Part shown: positions 62,095 through 64,000 of the stretch, one piece after another
How the letters are laid out: each line of letters starts with the position of its first letter
How positions within the stretch are numbered: position 1 is the first letter of the stretch
Source of the DNA: Candidatus Eiseniibacteriota bacterium
GTDB taxonomy: Bacteria > Eisenbacteria > RBG-16-71-46 > JABDJR01
Direction: 5' to 3'
Assembly: GCA_963783375.1 (NCBI GenBank)
Contig: CAWANH010000029.1
Span: 1,600,001-1,664,000 of the forward strand
DNA length: 64,000 nucleotides
The notes under the pieces: generated by a model
The model's database searches: none
The model's input: only the letters and a program-made list of their open reading frames with translations
What the model was told of the DNA's origin: nothing
Translations under genes and position numbers: made by a program

Positions 62095-62987
62095 CGTGTG
62101 CCCCCGTTCCGGCTGTGCTGCACTTCGGCGACAAAAATTTCTTCAAGAGTCAGGTTTTCCACCTGTAGGATAGTGGCGCCGGCTTGCTGTACCGTCGCTG
62201 CCTGTTCCGGGCCGTAGTTGCCGGTGATCGCCGTCCTCAGGCGCCCGGTTCCTTCAACTCCCAGGAACCCTGGGAGGGATGGCAGCACCACGTCGGGCGG
62301 TATGTCCAGACGCAGACGCCGCCACCGGTCGAGAAATTCCTCTTTGTCGCGAGAATCGATGAGGCGCCCCCGGTCGACAAAGGTGATCACGTCCGAGAGT
62401 TTTTCGACGTCCTGGGTGTTGTGGGACGAGAAGATCACCGTGCGATCCTCGTCCAGCAGGACCTCCATCATCTCGGCGAGGACTTCCTGGCGGGCGACCG
62501 GATCGAGCCCGGTGGTTGGCTCATCGAGGATCAGCAATCGGGGCCGTCGGACCAGGATCAGCAACAGCGCCGCCTTGACCTGCTGCCCATGCGACATGCC
62601 CCTGATCTTCTGGGCAGCGACCAGGTCGAAGCGGCGCAGCAGGTCGTCAGCATACTTCTGGTCCCAGCCGGGGTAGATCGAACGGATGAAGTCCATATGC
62701 CAGGCCAGGGTCGCCCGCTTGTAGAGGCGCATATCCTCCGAGGCGTATCCCACTTCCCACTTGGCCCCTACCTGCTGGTCTGGCATGTCGTGGCCCAACA
62801 CACGCACCTGCCCGCGGTCCGCATGCACCAGCCCCATGATGATGCGCAACGTAGTCGACTTGCCGGCTCCGTTGGGGCCGACAAAGCCCATGATCCGGCC
62901 GCGGGGCAGGGCTAGGTGCATGTCTTCGAGTGCGAAGTGGGGATAGGCCTTCGCCACACCCTTCAGTTCTACCGCCAATTCAGTCAT
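62091..62987 (-). CDS. ABC transporter ATP-binding protein
   Basis: GPNGAGKST, MSHGQ, LLILDEPTTGLDP, SSH. Confidence 0.95.
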   Translation of the reverse strand: MTELAVELKGVAKAYPHFALEDMHLALPRGRIMGFVGPNGAGKSTTLRIIMGLVHADRGQVRVLGHDMPDQQVGAKWEVGYASEDMRLYKRATLAWHMDFIRSIYPGWDQKYADDLLRRFDLVAAQKIRGMSHGQQVKAALLLILVRRPRLLILDEPTTGLDPVARQEVLAEMMEVLLDEDRTVIFSSHNTQDVEKLSDVITFVDRGRLIDSRDKEEFLDRWRRLRLDIPPDVVLPSLPGFLGVEGTGRLRTAITGNYGPEQAATVQQAGATILQVENLTLEEIFVAEVQHSRNGGTR

Positions 62988-63384
62988 GTTCGTCCTTTGC
63001 CGATTGTACGTGGAAGCCTTGCATGGTCTGCAGGCGGGAAATCAATTCCGCGAGAGTGAGACCCAGGAGTCCGGCAATTTCCAGCGACTCCCTGAGGTGC
63101 TGGTCCAACTCCCGCTCAAACCGAAGCGTGTCCAGGGCGCCGGACTCGGCGACGAAGGACCCCAGTCCCTGGCGGGTCACCAGGGCTCCCTGACGCTCCA
63201 GTTCGAGATAGGCGCGTTTGACGGTGATCACGCTGACTCTCAATCCAACCGCCAGATCCCGGATCGAGGGGATCTTTTGTCCGGCAGGCCAATCCCCCAA
63301 CGCAATGCGCAATCGGATCTGATCCATGATCTGCAGGTACATAGGGCGGCCGTCGGCCTGGGAGATGACGATGTCGGTGTTCAC
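62980..63384 (-). CDS. GntR-family regulator (YtrA subfamily)
   Basis: PMYLQIMDQI, IPSIRDLA, TVKRAYLELE, GLGSFV; short C-terminal domain; heads the ABC operon. Confidence 0.93.
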   Translation of the reverse strand: MNTDIVISQADGRPMYLQIMDQIRLRIALGDWPAGQKIPSIRDLAVGLRVSVITVKRAYLELERQGALVTRQGLGSFVAESGALDTLRFERELDQHLRESLEIAGLLGLTLAELISRLQTMQGFHVQSAKDEHD

Positions 63385-63385
63385 T

Positions 63386-63421
63386 ACTGTATATACTGTG
63401 TATATAAATAGGTTCTGTCAA
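63386..63421 (-). promoter_or_regulatory. YtrA-type operator and promoter abutting the start codon
   Basis: Minus strand TTGACA (63421-63416) followed by dyad TATATACACAGTATATA ending a few nt before GTG; no SD. Confidence 0.7.
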
Positions 63422-63579
63422 GGACTTTCGCTTGGTTCCAGGGACGAACCCATCCGCTCATGAGTCGACTAGGCTCGCGGATCGGTCCGCGGCAACCGGT
63501 CCTCAGGCTCTCAAAACGGAGGATCCCGAGCGGCGGCGGCCAACCCCGCAAACCGCTCGCCCCAGGCCGGATATCAGAA

Positions 63580-63607
63580 AACCCCGAGGGCTCTCCCTCT
63601 CGGGGTT
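63580..63607. terminator. Stem-loop near cassette end
   Basis: AACCCCGAG-N10-CTCGGGGTT. Confidence 0.5.
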
Positions 63608-63741
63608 CTCCGTTAACCGGAATGCATTGCGAAGCTTACGTCTCTGGACCGACTTGCCAGCTGATGTCCCGGCGTCCTCAGATTCCCACCCTGCCGGGAC
63701 TTCCACCCCAAAGACTCTGAGACATTCGACTCCTGGCCAGG

Positions 63742-63780
63742 TCGCCGGGCTGATGTCTCAGAGTCCTCAAATCCTTGACA
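63742..63780 (+). repeat. 39-bp direct repeat copy 2 (att-like)
   Basis: Identical to 61250-61288; part of a 13-bp inverted repeat GACTCTGAGACAT (63713-63725) / ATGTCTCAGAGTC (63753-63765). Confidence 0.95.
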
Positions 63781-63829
63781 CTTGGTCAACGGCTCTGCCC
63801 AGCTTGGGACTGTCATCCCACTCAATTCG

Positions 63830-63940
63830 GCGCGGCTGCTGTCCCCCTGGGCCGAATGTGGTCGAGTGCGGTCGAGTGTCGTTGTAGCAGCTGAACCAGA
63901 TCCGGATCTCTCCCGCCACCGACCCCAGCGGCCGCGACGC
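63830..63940 (-). mobile_element. IS3/IS481-like transposase C-terminal fragment
   Basis: EIRIWFSCYNDTRPHS resembles the YNxxRPHS motif at the end of rve integrase cores. Confidence 0.5.
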
Positions 63941-64000
63941 CGATCTCGAGTCTGGTCGTTTGAGCATAGGAAGTGGTACAACCGATGGGGTCAGGTCAGG

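Overview
High-GC bacterial chromosomal window with no rRNA, tRNA or CRISPR array detected. Several secreted proteins carry FlgD-Ig/T9SS-like C-termini and one ends in a 'SWSRIKAMYR' tail, which suggests an uncultured FCB-related lineage such as Eisenbacteria, Krumholzibacteriota or Latescibacterota (inference). The left part (1-35 kb) is mostly intact genes: a frameshifted Ser/Thr kinase-beta-propeller gene, an MFS transporter, a palindromic repeat block, an ArgR-controlled arginine operon (argR-argG-orfX-argC-argD-argF'-argB-argE-argH), exbBD/tonB-like genes, a B12-radical SAM enzyme, pepQ/pip, a CarH-like B12 regulator facing a DUF378-DUF4397-lipocalin operon, an ECF sigma/kinase pair and rhlE. 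The right part (35-64 kb) is accessory: multiheme cytochromes, a MauG-like diheme enzyme coupled to a Cyc2-like cytochrome-porin, many gene remnants (IS66, tricorn protease, BlaR1, serine recombinase, IS3), a LexA-HTH/Crp fusion regulator ahead of an RND pump, and a GntR-ABC cassette bracketed by 39-bp direct repeats. The best candidate for a new system is the arg operon. It has no argA or argJ, but it embeds a translationally coupled DUF1611/DgcN-like P-loop protein (a candidate alternative N-acylglutamate synthase). Its ArgF' has Val at the acetyl/succinyl specificity position, hinting at a succinylated route. All calls come from reading motifs by eye; no database searches were run.
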